From the NCBI GenBank assembly GCA_042219045.1, contig JBDGQO010000084.1, forward strand, positions 1 to 10,779: a stretch of DNA of 10,779 nt, written 5' to 3'. Below are positions 1 to 8,047 of the stretch, in pieces. A model generated the notes under the pieces. That model ran no database searches. It was not told the origin of the DNA and was given only the letters and a program-made list of their open reading frames with translations. Both the position numbers and the translations under genes were made by a program. The DNA comes from Candidatus Bipolaricaulia bacterium. GTDB taxonomy: Bacteria; Bipolaricaulota; Bipolaricaulia; RBG-16-55-9. Each line of letters starts with the position of its first letter. Within the stretch, counting starts at the first letter, position 1.

Positions 1-652
1 AGAGCGAGTCCTCGCTCTCCACCCACTGCACGGCATGCTTCATCAGCTCATTGGACGAATCGAAGTGAAGCTTGTCCTTGACGCGAGACCGGTACGACTC
101 GATGGTTTTGACCGACAGGTGGAGCCGCTCGGCGACCTCACGGGTGGAAAGTCCATTGCCGATGAGTTCGAAGACTTCAAGCTCGCGGTCGCTGAGCAGG
201 TCCAGTGGAGACTGCATCATCCGTTCCCGCCCGCCCTCCGACATGCTTTGTAGCAGCCGATCGTTGATCTCGTCGCTCACGAAGACCCGGCCGTCGAGGA
301 CCGCCCGGACGGCGTCCACGATGCCGTCGCCGGCGTCCTGCTTCATGACGTAGCCTTTGGCCCCCGCCCGGAGGCAGCGCTCGGCGTATAGGCCCTCGTC
401 GTGCCGCGACACCACGAGTGCACGCACCTCCGGGGCCCGGGACTGAAGGTGCTTTAAGAACTCGATTCCGCTCATTCCCGGCAACGAGATGTCGACGACG
501 GCGAGGTCCGGATCGAGATCATCCAGGGCGTCGAGCGCGTCCTCGGCGCGGTCCATCTGCCCAACGACGCGAAGGTCGCCTTCTCCTTCGAGGGTGCGCG
601 CGAGGCCCTTTCGCAGCAGGGGGTGGTCGTCGATAAGAATAATGTCTGACAT
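1..652 (-). CDS. NarL/FixJ-family response regulator (REC + LuxR HTH); 3' end at the window edge
   Basis: Not in the ORF track; translated by hand from the ATG at 652: MSDIILIDDHPLLRKGL...AVVDISLPGMSG...GAKGYVMK...LSDRELEVFELIGNGLSTREVAERLHLSVKTIESYRSRVKDKL...VQWVESEDSL. It has the REC acidic pocket (DDH), phosphoacceptor Asp (VVD) and conserved Lys, followed by a LuxR HTH. The frame is open to base 2, so the stop lies outside the window. Confidence 0.93.
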   Translation of the reverse strand, partial: MSDIILIDDHPLLRKGLARTLEGEGDLRVVGQMDRAEDALDALDDLDPDLAVVDISLPGMSGIEFLKHLQSRAPEVRALVVSRHDEGLYAERCLRAGAKGYVMKQDAGDGIVDAVRAVLDGRVFVSDEINDRLLQSMSEGGRERMMQSPLDLLSDRELEVFELIGNGLSTREVAERLHLSVKTIESYRSRVKDKLHFDSSNELMKHAVQWVESEDSL

Positions 653-756
653 TGTGAAGGAGAGGGTAGTGAGGGGATAGCGGAGATCCAGTTGTGCAAT
701 CGGTACAATTCGGGAAAGGCCAGGGCGTCACCGGCGAGGGCCTCCAGTAGGTGCGC

Positions 757-2088
757 TCACGGGGAGGGATGGGGGACCGTACAGATCACGGCCGTTCCGT
801 CCCCAGGTCGGCTGTCGATGTCGAGAGTCCCCTCGATGAGGCGCGCCCGGTACTGCATGGTCCGGAGTCCCATTCCTTCGTCGCCGGGCGTCTCGGCCTC
901 GAATCCAACGCCGTCGTCCTCGATTTCGAGGCGCAGCGATTCCGCTTCGGAGGCAAGCGTGATCTGGATGCGGTCGGGCTCGGCGTGGCGGGTGGCGTTG
1001 TTGAGCGACTCCTGCGCGATGCGGTACAGGTGCGTGGCGACGGTGCTGTCTCGGAGGCGAACGGTCCCGACCTCTTGAAAGCTGCACTCGACGTCAAATG
1101 CCTGTTCGACCTCGGCGGCCAGGCGCCGGAGGGCCTCGACGAGCCCGTTCGGTTCGACGTCTACGGGCACAAGGCCGTGTGAGAGGGTTCGGGCCCGCTG
1201 GTCGGCCTTCTTCACGTGTTCGGTAATCTCGGCCATGTCGTCGGCCCGCGCGTGGCCCTCCTCGTCCAGCTGACGAGCCAGTTCCTGGCAGAGCAGACCT
1301 ATGCCGGTGAGCATCTGCCCGAGGCCGTCGTGGAGGTCCTGCCCGATTCGGCGCCGCTCTTCTTCACTTGCGTCCAGAATTTCCTGTTCGAGGCGCCGCC
1401 GTTCGCTGACGTCGCGGGCGATGCCCGTGTAGACCGTTCGGTCCGCCCGGTCGACCTCGTGGATTGACATCTCCATGGGGAAGGTGGACCCGTCCTTCCG
1501 TTGTCCGGTCATTTCGCGATCCGCACCCAGCCACCCGGCCCGGTCCAGGGCGCTGGAGTCTTCCAGGCGCTTCTTCACGACTTTCCGGTGCGGCGGGGCC
1601 ACGAGACGCTCGACGTGTTCTCCAACAATCTCCTCGGCCCGGTACCCAAAGATGTCTTCGGCCGCCGGATTGAACGACGCAATAGTTCCGTCCGCCGCGA
1701 GGGTCATGATGCCGTCGGCGGCGGTCTCCAAAATGGCTTCGGCGCGGGCTTCGCTCTTACGCTGCGCCCGGCGCACGCGCTTGTACCGGAGGACCACCGC
1801 CACGGCGAGCCAAAGTCCCGCGAGTACGAGGCCACGGTTGAGAAGGAGTCCAACCTGCTCGCCGGCGCCCATGTGGGTCGTGTATCCGAGCGCAACGAAG
1901 AGCGTGGTCAGGCCCCCGAACACCCACGGAGTCCGCTCACCGGGAAGAAACAGCGTGAGCAGAATGACCGGCACCTGAAGTAGCTCGACCGTCAGCCCTG
2001 CGGGGAGAACCCAGTCGAGTGCAAAGACCGACACAGAGAGAACACCGAGGGCGCCGTAAAGGAAGGCCGTTCGTGATTCGTCGGGCAT
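757..2088 (-). CDS. Membrane-anchored PAS sensor histidine kinase (HisKA_3/NarX-UhpB class)
   Basis: 443-aa ORF with about 4 N-terminal hydrophobic helices and a PAS-PAC domain (FNPAAEDIFGY...GQRKDGSTFP...GIARDVSE). It has the H-box RRRIGQDLHDGLGQ, the N-box QESLNNATRHA, and G-boxes DDGVGF and GMGL. It lies directly upstream of the response regulator. Confidence 0.95.
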   Translation of the reverse strand: MPDESRTAFLYGALGVLSVSVFALDWVLPAGLTVELLQVPVILLTLFLPGERTPWVFGGLTTLFVALGYTTHMGAGEQVGLLLNRGLVLAGLWLAVAVVLRYKRVRRAQRKSEARAEAILETAADGIMTLAADGTIASFNPAAEDIFGYRAEEIVGEHVERLVAPPHRKVVKKRLEDSSALDRAGWLGADREMTGQRKDGSTFPMEMSIHEVDRADRTVYTGIARDVSERRRLEQEILDASEEERRRIGQDLHDGLGQMLTGIGLLCQELARQLDEEGHARADDMAEITEHVKKADQRARTLSHGLVPVDVEPNGLVEALRRLAAEVEQAFDVECSFQEVGTVRLRDSTVATHLYRIAQESLNNATRHAEPDRIQITLASEAESLRLEIEDDGVGFEAETPGDEGMGLRTMQYRARLIEGTLDIDSRPGDGTAVICTVPHPSP

Positions 2089-2197
2089 AAATGGGGTGGC
2101 TGAAATGAACGGAATGGGAAACGAGAGAGCCCCAACCGATTCCGGGCCCTAAGTCCGAATGGTGGTGAATTGAACACTCAACCGGACGTGCTTAGTT

Positions 2198-2226
2198 GGT
2201 TAAATTAGCCAGATAACGTTTTAATT
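2198..2226 (-). promoter_or_regulatory. Conserved 29-bp element, copy A (candidate operator or promoter)
   Basis: The reverse complement AATTAAAACGTTATCTGGCTAATTTAACC is 25/29 identical to copy C (8757-8785). It sits in the divergent intergenic region about 110 bp upstream of the kinase start. Confidence 0.65.
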
Positions 2227-2376
2227 ATCGGAGAAGAGGCGCTTTTCGCCTCTCGAAGTCCGAACGGTCGTCAAACATCGGCTTACATACCTACGCGGAA
2301 TGGATCCAGGTGGAGCCAAACCGCGCTCCCTGAACCAGAGCTCGCGCGTCCATGAAAGAGCCTCGCTCGAACGATT

Positions 2377-2487
2377 ATGTCTTGGCACGATCCGAAACCG
2401 GAGATTCTTCCGTATTGGTCCACCCTGGGAGTGCTTCTTCTGGTGATGCTGGTCTCAACCGGTCTGGTGTACCTGCTCTTCGGGTGA
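2377..2487 (+). CDS. Small single-pass membrane protein (36 aa), hypothetical
   Basis: Hand translation: MSWHDPKPEILPYWSTLGVLLLVMLVSTGLVYLLFG*. It has one long hydrophobic helix, and its TGA overlaps an in-frame GTG of the ndh frame (GTGA at 2484-2487). Confidence 0.6.
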   Translation: MSWHDPKPEILPYWSTLGVLLLVMLVSTGLVYLLFG

Positions 2488-3815
2488 GACGCTCCTCCCA
2501 GCGGGGGACGGGAAGGAAGCGCCCCCGCGTCGTGATTGTCGGGGGCGGCTTTGCGGGCCTCGAAGCGGTACGGGCCCTGCGGGAGGCGCCGGTGGAGGTG
2601 CTCATGATCGACCGGACCAATTATCACACGTTCCAGCCGCTGCTTTACCAGGTGGCCACCGCCGGGCTGGAGCCTGGTGAAATCGCCCACACGGTGCGGG
2701 GCATCTTTCAGACCCATCCGCGCTTCCGCTTTCGACTGGGGACGGTCCGGACCGTTGACCCCGATGCCCACCGCTTGTCTCTCGACAGTGGGGAGACAAT
2801 TGGATATGACTATCTGATTCTTGCGGCCGGGGCGGAGCCGGAATTCTTCGGGGTGGAGGGCGCCGAGCAGCACGCCTTCACGCTGAAGACGCTCGGCGAT
2901 GCGACACGACTTCGCAGTCACCTCCTCCGCCAGTTTGAACGGGCGGCCGAGCGGCGGTCCGCGCCGAGTGCGGGTCGACTGAACGTGGTGATCGTCGGGG
3001 GCGGGCCGACCGGCGTCGAGATGGCCGGAGCCCTGGTCGAGCTCATCGACAACGTTCTTGCCGCCGACTTTCCCGAGGTGGACACCTCGCGGGCCCAGGT
3101 GTCACTGGTAGAGATGGCGCCGCATCTGCTCGGTGGCTACGACGCCTCGCTCCGGGACTACGCTCTCGACACGCTTCGGGAGCGGGGCGTAGAGGTGGTC
3201 TTGGGCGACGCCGTCGAGCGGGTCGCCGCGCAGGCCGTGCACCTCGAAAGCGGGCGCATCCTCCCGACGGGCACGCTCATCTGGGCGGCGGGCGTCCGTG
3301 CCCGTCCCCTTGCCGATTCGCTCGGGGCCGAGCAGACCCGCGGCGGGCGCGTTCGCGTCGCCTCTGACCTGAGCCTCCCGGAGGCCTCCGACACGTTCGT
3401 CGTAGGCGACATGGCGGCGGCCACCGGTCCGGACGGCCATCCCCATCCCCAGCTCGCCCCGGTCGCCGTGCAGCAGGGGCGGCACGCGGCGCGTCAGATT
3501 CAACGACGACACGACGGGCAGGATACCGAGCCGTTCACGTACGATGACCCCGGCATGATGGCCGTGATCGGTCGGAAGGCGGCCGTCGTGGAGCGCCCGG
3601 GTGGATTCACGGCGACCGGATGGGTCGCCTGGATTCTGTGGGCCGTGCTGCACATCTGGGAGCTGATCGGCTTCCGCAATCGGCTGGTCGTGATGCTGGA
3701 CTGGATCTACAACTACTTTACCTACGAGCGGAGCGCGCGACTCATTTTTGAGGAGGACGCCGAATCGCCGACCCCTATGCATCAATCCGACAAGTCCCAT
3801 GGACAACGAGTATGA
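2484..3815 (+). CDS. ndh: Type II NADH:quinone oxidoreductase (NDH-2)
   Basis: Two Rossmann motifs (VVIVGGGFAG, VVIVGGGPTGVE), plus FQPLLYQVATA, YDYLILAAG, IWAAGV, GD...APVAVQQG, and a C-terminal membrane-anchor region (WILWAVLHI...GFRNR). The start is probably GTG 2484 rather than the ORF-track ATG 2352. Confidence 0.9.
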   Translation: MRRSSQRGTGRKRPRVVIVGGGFAGLEAVRALREAPVEVLMIDRTNYHTFQPLLYQVATAGLEPGEIAHTVRGIFQTHPRFRFRLGTVRTVDPDAHRLSLDSGETIGYDYLILAAGAEPEFFGVEGAEQHAFTLKTLGDATRLRSHLLRQFERAAERRSAPSAGRLNVVIVGGGPTGVEMAGALVELIDNVLAADFPEVDTSRAQVSLVEMAPHLLGGYDASLRDYALDTLRERGVEVVLGDAVERVAAQAVHLESGRILPTGTLIWAAGVRARPLADSLGAEQTRGGRVRVASDLSLPEASDTFVVGDMAAATGPDGHPHPQLAPVAVQQGRHAARQIQRRHDGQDTEPFTYDDPGMMAVIGRKAAVVERPGGFTATGWVAWILWAVLHIWELIGFRNRLVVMLDWIYNYFTYERSARLIFEEDAESPTPMHQSDKSHGQRV

Positions 3816-4047
3816 GGAGCAGACCTTCGAGGGGCTTCGCATCCGCATCGACCGGACTCGCTGCATCGGCAGCGGCAACTGCGTAAACGTGGCCCCGGAG
3901 GTCTTTGAGCTGGGCTCGGACCAGATCGTGACGTTCCGCGACGACGCCCACGCCGTAGAGCGGGAGCGGATGGTGGAAGCCTGCGCGGTGTGTCCGGTCG
4001 ACGCCCTGTTTGCCTACGATGAAGAGGGCAACCAGCTCGCGCCGTGA
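3799..4047 (+). CDS. Single-cluster ferredoxin ([3Fe-4S]/[4Fe-4S] type), 82 aa
   Basis: MDNEYEEQ...IDRTRCIGSGNCVNVAPEVF...EACAVCPVDAL gives a CxxSxxC...CP pattern. The ATG at 3799 overlaps the ndh 3' end by 17 nt. Confidence 0.88.
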   Translation: MDNEYEEQTFEGLRIRIDRTRCIGSGNCVNVAPEVFELGSDQIVTFRDDAHAVERERMVEACAVCPVDALFAYDEEGNQLAP

Positions 4048-4130
4048 TCCCGGCGACACAGACAAATGCCCTCCCGAGATGGGGGCGGTCCCGAGAATTC
4101 GATTCCTTCATTTCAAAATTCGAGAGACCG

Positions 4131-4844
4131 ATGTCTACCATAGATCCTGAAACCCCCATCGGCCGCGTCGTTGCCGAGCGTCCAGCCTCGGCCCGGATCT
4201 TCGAGCGTTTGGGCGTCGACTACTGCTGCGGCGGGGAGGAGCCCCTTCGCAGGGCCTGCGCCAAAGAAGGCCTCGACGCTGCCACCGTTCTTCAGATGAT
4301 CGACGCGGAACTCGACCCGGACGCGCACACAGAAAACGGGTCCGAGACGCGAGACTGGACAGAAGCCCCTCTCGGCGACCTCATCGACCACATCGAGTCG
4401 ACACATCACGCCTACCTGCGAAGCGAGTTGCCCCGCCTGGAGGAGCTCCTGGAAAAGGTGGCCCACGTGCACGGCACCGACGCGCCGTGGGTCGGCTCCG
4501 TAAAGGAGGTCTTCGCTGACCTCAAGCCCAGCATGGAGGCGCACATCCGGAAGGAGGAAGAGATCGTTTTTCCCTTCATTCGCCGCCTCGTAGAAGAGGG
4601 GCCGGCATCTGAGCCGGACGGACTCGACGGCGACCCCATTGCTCTCATGGAGGAGGAGCACGACGAGACCGGGCAGGCGCTGAAGCGCATGCGCACGCTC
4701 TCGCACAACTTTACGACGCCGAAGTGGGGGTGCAACAGTTTCCGTTCTCTCATGAGTGGGCTGGAGCAGTTGGAAGCGGACACGCACCGGCACGTCCACA
4801 AGGAAAACAGCATTCTCTTCCCGCGGGCGCGGAGGCTCTTATAG
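4131..4844 (+). CDS. ric: Iron-sulfur cluster repair di-iron protein (Ric/YtfE/ScdA family)
   Basis: N-terminal ScdA-type domain with DYCCGG, followed by hemerythrin-like ligand motifs THHAYL, HIRKEE, MEEEHD and HVHKEN. The start is most plausibly ATG 4131 (MSTIDPETPIG). Confidence 0.93.
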   Translation: MSTIDPETPIGRVVAERPASARIFERLGVDYCCGGEEPLRRACAKEGLDAATVLQMIDAELDPDAHTENGSETRDWTEAPLGDLIDHIESTHHAYLRSELPRLEELLEKVAHVHGTDAPWVGSVKEVFADLKPSMEAHIRKEEEIVFPFIRRLVEEGPASEPDGLDGDPIALMEEEHDETGQALKRMRTLSHNFTTPKWGCNSFRSLMSGLEQLEADTHRHVHKENSILFPRARRLL

Positions 4845-4897
4845 GCCGTCTCGCCCTCCGCTCGCTGGTGCCCGTTTCCCGCCGTTGAGATCCGCTC

Positions 4898-5305
4898 ATG
4901 CCCACCCAGTCCCGCTGGCTCATTAAGACCGCGTTGGGATACCTCGCAGCCGCCCTGACGATCGGGCTCGTACGGGCCGTCCAGGCGGCGGGGGTGCTGC
5001 CGGGAAGGGCCACGGCCCTCTGGCTGCCCCAGCTCCACTTCCTCACCGTCGGATGGCTCACACAACTCATCTTCGGCGTGGCCTCCTGGCTGTTTCCAAA
5101 TCCGGACGGGGGGCAGGCTTCGAGTCGGGTCGTGTGGGCCGCGTACGGAGCACTGAACGCGGGCCTGGTCCTGCGGCTGGTCTGTGAGCCGCGGGGACTG
5201 CCCGACGGACTGAGCGACTGGGGGCTGGTGGCGTCGGCCGCGCTCCAGTGGGGGGCGAGCCTGCTTTTTGTGGGGCACTTTTGGCGTCGCGTGCGGACGA
5301 AGTAG
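4898..5305 (+). CDS. Four-TM membrane protein, paralog 1 (heme-copper-oxidase-homology/NnrS-like unit, tentative)
   Basis: 135 aa with four hydrophobic segments. Motifs QLHFLTVGWLTQLIFGVASWLFP, ALNAG and a C-terminal W-R-R-V-R are shared in pattern with the next ORF. Confidence 0.78.
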   Translation: MPTQSRWLIKTALGYLAAALTIGLVRAVQAAGVLPGRATALWLPQLHFLTVGWLTQLIFGVASWLFPNPDGGQASSRVVWAAYGALNAGLVLRLVCEPRGLPDGLSDWGLVASAALQWGASLLFVGHFWRRVRTK

Positions 5306-5327
5306 GTCGAAACAATCAACCAGGCCA

Positions 5328-5735
5328 ATGGCCCGAATTAGCGTTTGGTTTGTGCGGGCGTCGCTCCTGCATTTTGCGCTGGGGGCCACCGTCGGGGCGT
5401 GGCGGCTGGCTGTCTCCGGCGGGATGGGCCTGGAGGCCCCGGCCCTGCTGCGGGCACTCCACGTCGAAGGGATGCTGCTGGGGTGGGTGTGCCAGCTGGC
5501 GCTCGGGGTCGCCGTGTGGATTCTACCCTTTTCGGACCGGGTGTCGGCGGACCGGCGGCTTTGGGGCGCGTGGGCAGCGCTAAACGGGGGCATCGTCCTC
5601 GTAGGCCTCGCCCGCTGGGGGACCTGGTTGGAACTGCTGGTCGTCGGGCGCGGGAGCGAGATTGTCGCCGGCCTGCTGGTCATTTGGGTGCTGTGGCCAC
5701 GGGTGCGCGCTTTACAGGGGCGGGGACACGGATAA
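5328..5735 (+). CDS. Four-TM membrane protein, paralog 2 (heme-copper-oxidase-homology/NnrS-like unit, tentative)
   Basis: 135 aa from ATG 5328 (MARISVWFVRAS). Motifs HVEGMLLGWVCQLALGVAVWILP, ALNGG and WPRVR are colinear with paralog 1. Confidence 0.78.
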   Translation: MARISVWFVRASLLHFALGATVGAWRLAVSGGMGLEAPALLRALHVEGMLLGWVCQLALGVAVWILPFSDRVSADRRLWGAWAALNGGIVLVGLARWGTWLELLVVGRGSEIVAGLLVIWVLWPRVRALQGRGHG

Positions 5736-5785
5736 ACGGGTTGGCTTCTCCTGCAGACTCCTGCGGGAGGAACATCCGAGTAGCT

Positions 5786-5814
5786 AATAAAAACGTTATT
5801 AACGAAATTTAACT
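5786..5814 (+). promoter_or_regulatory. Conserved 29-bp element, copy B
   Basis: AATAAAAACGTTATTAACGAAATTTAACT is 23/29 identical to copy C and lies about 120 bp upstream of DUF2249 copy 1 and coxI. Confidence 0.62.
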
Positions 5815-5932
5815 TGCGATGTGAGTTGTGTCCTCGTATCCTGGTCATGCAGAAGGCCCCGGCTCCGGAGGAATCTCCTCGGGGCTGCCCTCTGCTGTTC
5901 GGTACATCCTCTAGAACTAATCTATTTCGGAT

Positions 5933-6181
5933 ATGGAAACCACCGACCAAAAAACACTCGACGTCCGCCCGATTCCGCCTCGTCAGAAGCATCCGACCAT
6001 CTTCGAGACGTTTGATGAGCTGGAGGCGGGGGACCATTTCGTGCTCGTAAACGACCACGACCCGAAGCCCCTCTACCACCAGTTTCAGGCCGAGCGCCCG
6101 GGGCAGATGGAGTGGGAGTACCTGGAAGAAGGGCCGAAGGAATGGCGCGTCAAGATTTCGAAGGTCGAGGAGCAGTCATAA
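5933..6181 (+). CDS. DUF2249 domain protein (copy 1)
   Basis: LDVRPIPPRQKHPTIF...LVNDHDPKPLY...WEYLEEGPKEWRVKI matches the DUF2249 pattern as I recall it. Confidence 0.87.
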   Translation: METTDQKTLDVRPIPPRQKHPTIFETFDELEAGDHFVLVNDHDPKPLYHQFQAERPGQMEWEYLEEGPKEWRVKISKVEEQS

Positions 6182-6252
6182 GACTGAAGCGGTCCCGAAG
6201 TCGTCTCGGCGCTCATAAATGAGGTCCACCTGAGAAAGCCACCCATTGCCCG

Positions 6253-8022
6253 ATGAGCACACACACCGACGTTTCCAGCGCCAAAGAGGCCCCAGTGGCT
6301 GAGCAGGGGGAGGCGGAGTCATACCTGGACGGCCCCCACACGCTTTCCTCGTGGCTGTTGACGCGGGACCACAAGCGGATCGGTCTGCTCTTTCTCGGGA
6401 CGATTACGGTGTTCTTCGCGGTCGGCGGCCTTCTTGCCCTCAGCGTGCGCCTGGAGCTGATGAGCACCGGCCCGACGATTGTCTCGGCCGACACGTACAA
6501 CCAGCTCTTCACGCTGCACGGGGCCATCATGATCTTTCTCTTTTTGATCCCGGCCGCCCCGGCGGTCCTGGGTAACTTCGTCCTACCGCTCCAACTGGGC
6601 TGCAAGGACGTAGCCTTCCCCCGGCTCAACCTGGCGAGCTGGTACCTCTTCGTCGTCGGGGCGGCGGTGATGGTCGGGGGGATCCTCACGCAGGGCCTCG
6701 ACACGGGCTGGACGTTCTACGCCCCGCTCTCGACGGAGAGCACGAGCGCGGTGATTCCCGTCGTGACCGGTATCTTCATTATCGGGTTCTCCTCTATCTT
6801 TACGGGCCTGAACTTCATCGTCACCATTCACAAGATGCGTGCCCCGGGGCTCACGTGGAACCGGCTGCCCCTCTTCGTCTGGAGCCTCTACGCCACAAGC
6901 CTCGTGCAGGTGCTCGCGACCCCGGTCCTGGGCATCACGCTGCTCCTGCTCATCGCGGAGCGCGTGCTGCAAATTGGGATCTTTGACCCGGCCCTCGGGG
7001 GCGACCCGGTGCTCTTCCAGCACTTCTTCTGGTTTTACAGCCACCCGGCGGTCTACATCATGATCCTGCCGGGCTTCGGGATTATCTCGGAGCTGATCGC
7101 GACGTTCTCGCGGAAGCGCATCTTCGGCTACCGGATGATCGCGCTCTCCTCGGTGGCGATTGCGCTCCTGGGATTCCTGGTGTGGGGGCATCACATGTTC
7201 GTATCCGGGCAGTCGGTGATCGCCTCCATCGTTTTCTCGCTCTTGAGCTACATGATCGGGGTACCCTCCGGGGTGAAGATCTTCAACTGGGTGGCGACTC
7301 TGTACAAGGGGTCGATCTGGTTGCAGAGCCCGATGCTCTATGCCCTGATCTTTCTCGTGCTCTTCCCGATCGGGGGCTTTACCGGCATCATGGTGGCCGT
7401 GCTGTCGGTTGACGTGCACCTGCATGACACCTACTACGTGGTCGGCCATTTCCACTATGTGATGGTGGGGGGCATGTTTATGGCGTTCCTCGGCGGGCTT
7501 CATTACTGGTGGCCGAAGATGTTTGGACAGATGTACAACGAAACCGCCGCCAAAATCGCCGCCGGGCTTCTGTTTGTGGGATTCAACCTGACCTTCTTCC
7601 CCCAACTCGTGCTGGGATCGCGGGGGATGCCCCGCCGATACTACGATTACCCAGAACGGTTTGAGTCGCTCAACGCGCTTTCGACCTACGGCTCCTGGGT
7701 ACTGGCCGCGGGTCTCATCCTCATTCTCGGGTACTTTGTACACTCCCTCCTTCGGGGAGAACGAGCGGACGTGAACCCCTGGGGCGCGGCGACGCTCGAA
7801 TGGCGAGCAGTGCCCACCCCGCCGCTGGAACACAACTACCGGCGCACGCCCGTCGTAACACGAGGGCCGTACGCCTATCATCAGATCGACGACCTCCTCG
7901 GTCACGATCTGGCGGCCGGTCTCTCGGGGGACGGGGAGGGCGGACCCGTGCCGACACTCACGACTCCCCAGGAGAGTCCCGTTCAGGAAGAGCCGTCCCC
8001 CGAAGAGTCTCAGGCCCGCTAA
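6253..8022 (+). CDS. ctaD: Heme-copper oxygen reductase (cytochrome c oxidase) subunit I, type A2
   Basis: All six His ligands are present: [13 protein letters not shown] (with the cross-link Tyr), VWGHHM and [12 protein letters not shown]. It also has the D-channel motif DVAFPRLN, the K-channel motif PSGVK, and GMPRRY. The YSHP motif defines subtype A2. Confidence 0.95.
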   Translation: MSTHTDVSSAKEAPVAEQGEAESYLDGPHTLSSWLLTRDHKRIGLLFLGTITVFFAVGGLLALSVRLELMSTGPTIVSADTYNQLFTLHGAIMIFLFLIPAAPAVLGNFVLPLQLGCKDVAFPRLNLASWYLFVVGAAVMVGGILTQGLDTGWTFYAPLSTESTSAVIPVVTGIFIIGFSSIFTGLNFIVTIHKMRAPGLTWNRLPLFVWSLYATSLVQVLATPVLGITLLLLIAERVLQIGIFDPALGGDPVLFQHFFWFYSHPAVYIMILPGFGIISELIATFSRKRIFGYRMIALSSVAIALLGFLVWGHHMFVSGQSVIASIVFSLLSYMIGVPSGVKIFNWVATLYKGSIWLQSPMLYALIFLVLFPIGGFTGIMVAVLSVDVHLHDTYYVVGHFHYVMVGGMFMAFLGGLHYWWPKMFGQMYNETAAKIAAGLLFVGFNLTFFPQLVLGSRGMPRRYYDYPERFESLNALSTYGSWVLAAGLILILGYFVHSLLRGERADVNPWGAATLEWRAVPTPPLEHNYRRTPVVTRGPYAYHQIDDLLGHDLAAGLSGDGEGGPVPTLTTPQESPVQEEPSPEESQAR

Positions 8023-8047
8023 CTGCTGACCAAAGCTCGCCCTCATT

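Noticed and set aside
2235..2253. Hairpin AGAGGCG-CTTTT-CGCCTCT in the divergent intergenic region
   Set aside because: It has only a 7-bp stem, no following U-tract, and lies between divergent gene starts. There is not enough support for a terminator or operator call.
2352..2483. N-terminal extension of ndh in the ORF track, and likewise 3748-3798, 4044-4130, 5268-5327 and 9909-9977 for other genes
   Set aside because: The extensions are non-homologous-looking sequence that overlaps neighbouring genes or spacers. Downstream starts fit the family N-termini better.
5855..5886. GC-rich inverted repeat (GCCCCG...GAGGA-ATC-TCCTC-GGGGC) in the leader of DUF2249 copy 1
   Set aside because: Short imperfect stems like this are expected by chance at this GC content, and no riboswitch consensus was recognised.
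4412..6079. 555-aa minus-strand ORF
   Set aside because: It is antisense to ric, both membrane paralogs and DUF2249. It is Pro/Arg/Ser-rich with no motifs, typical of a shadow ORF in high-GC DNA.
6253..8022. Possibility that the oxidase-family gene is a nitric oxide reductase, given the ric context
   Set aside because: It has HPAVY with the cross-linking Tyr plus D- and K-channel residues, and it lacks the NOR-type HLWVE glutamate motif. It is an A2 oxygen reductase.
6583..8046. 487-aa minus-strand ORF, and similar antisense ORFs at 2283-2921, 3102-3878, 8775-9626 and 9840-10667
   Set aside because: These mirror well-supported plus-strand genes and contain no recognisable domains.
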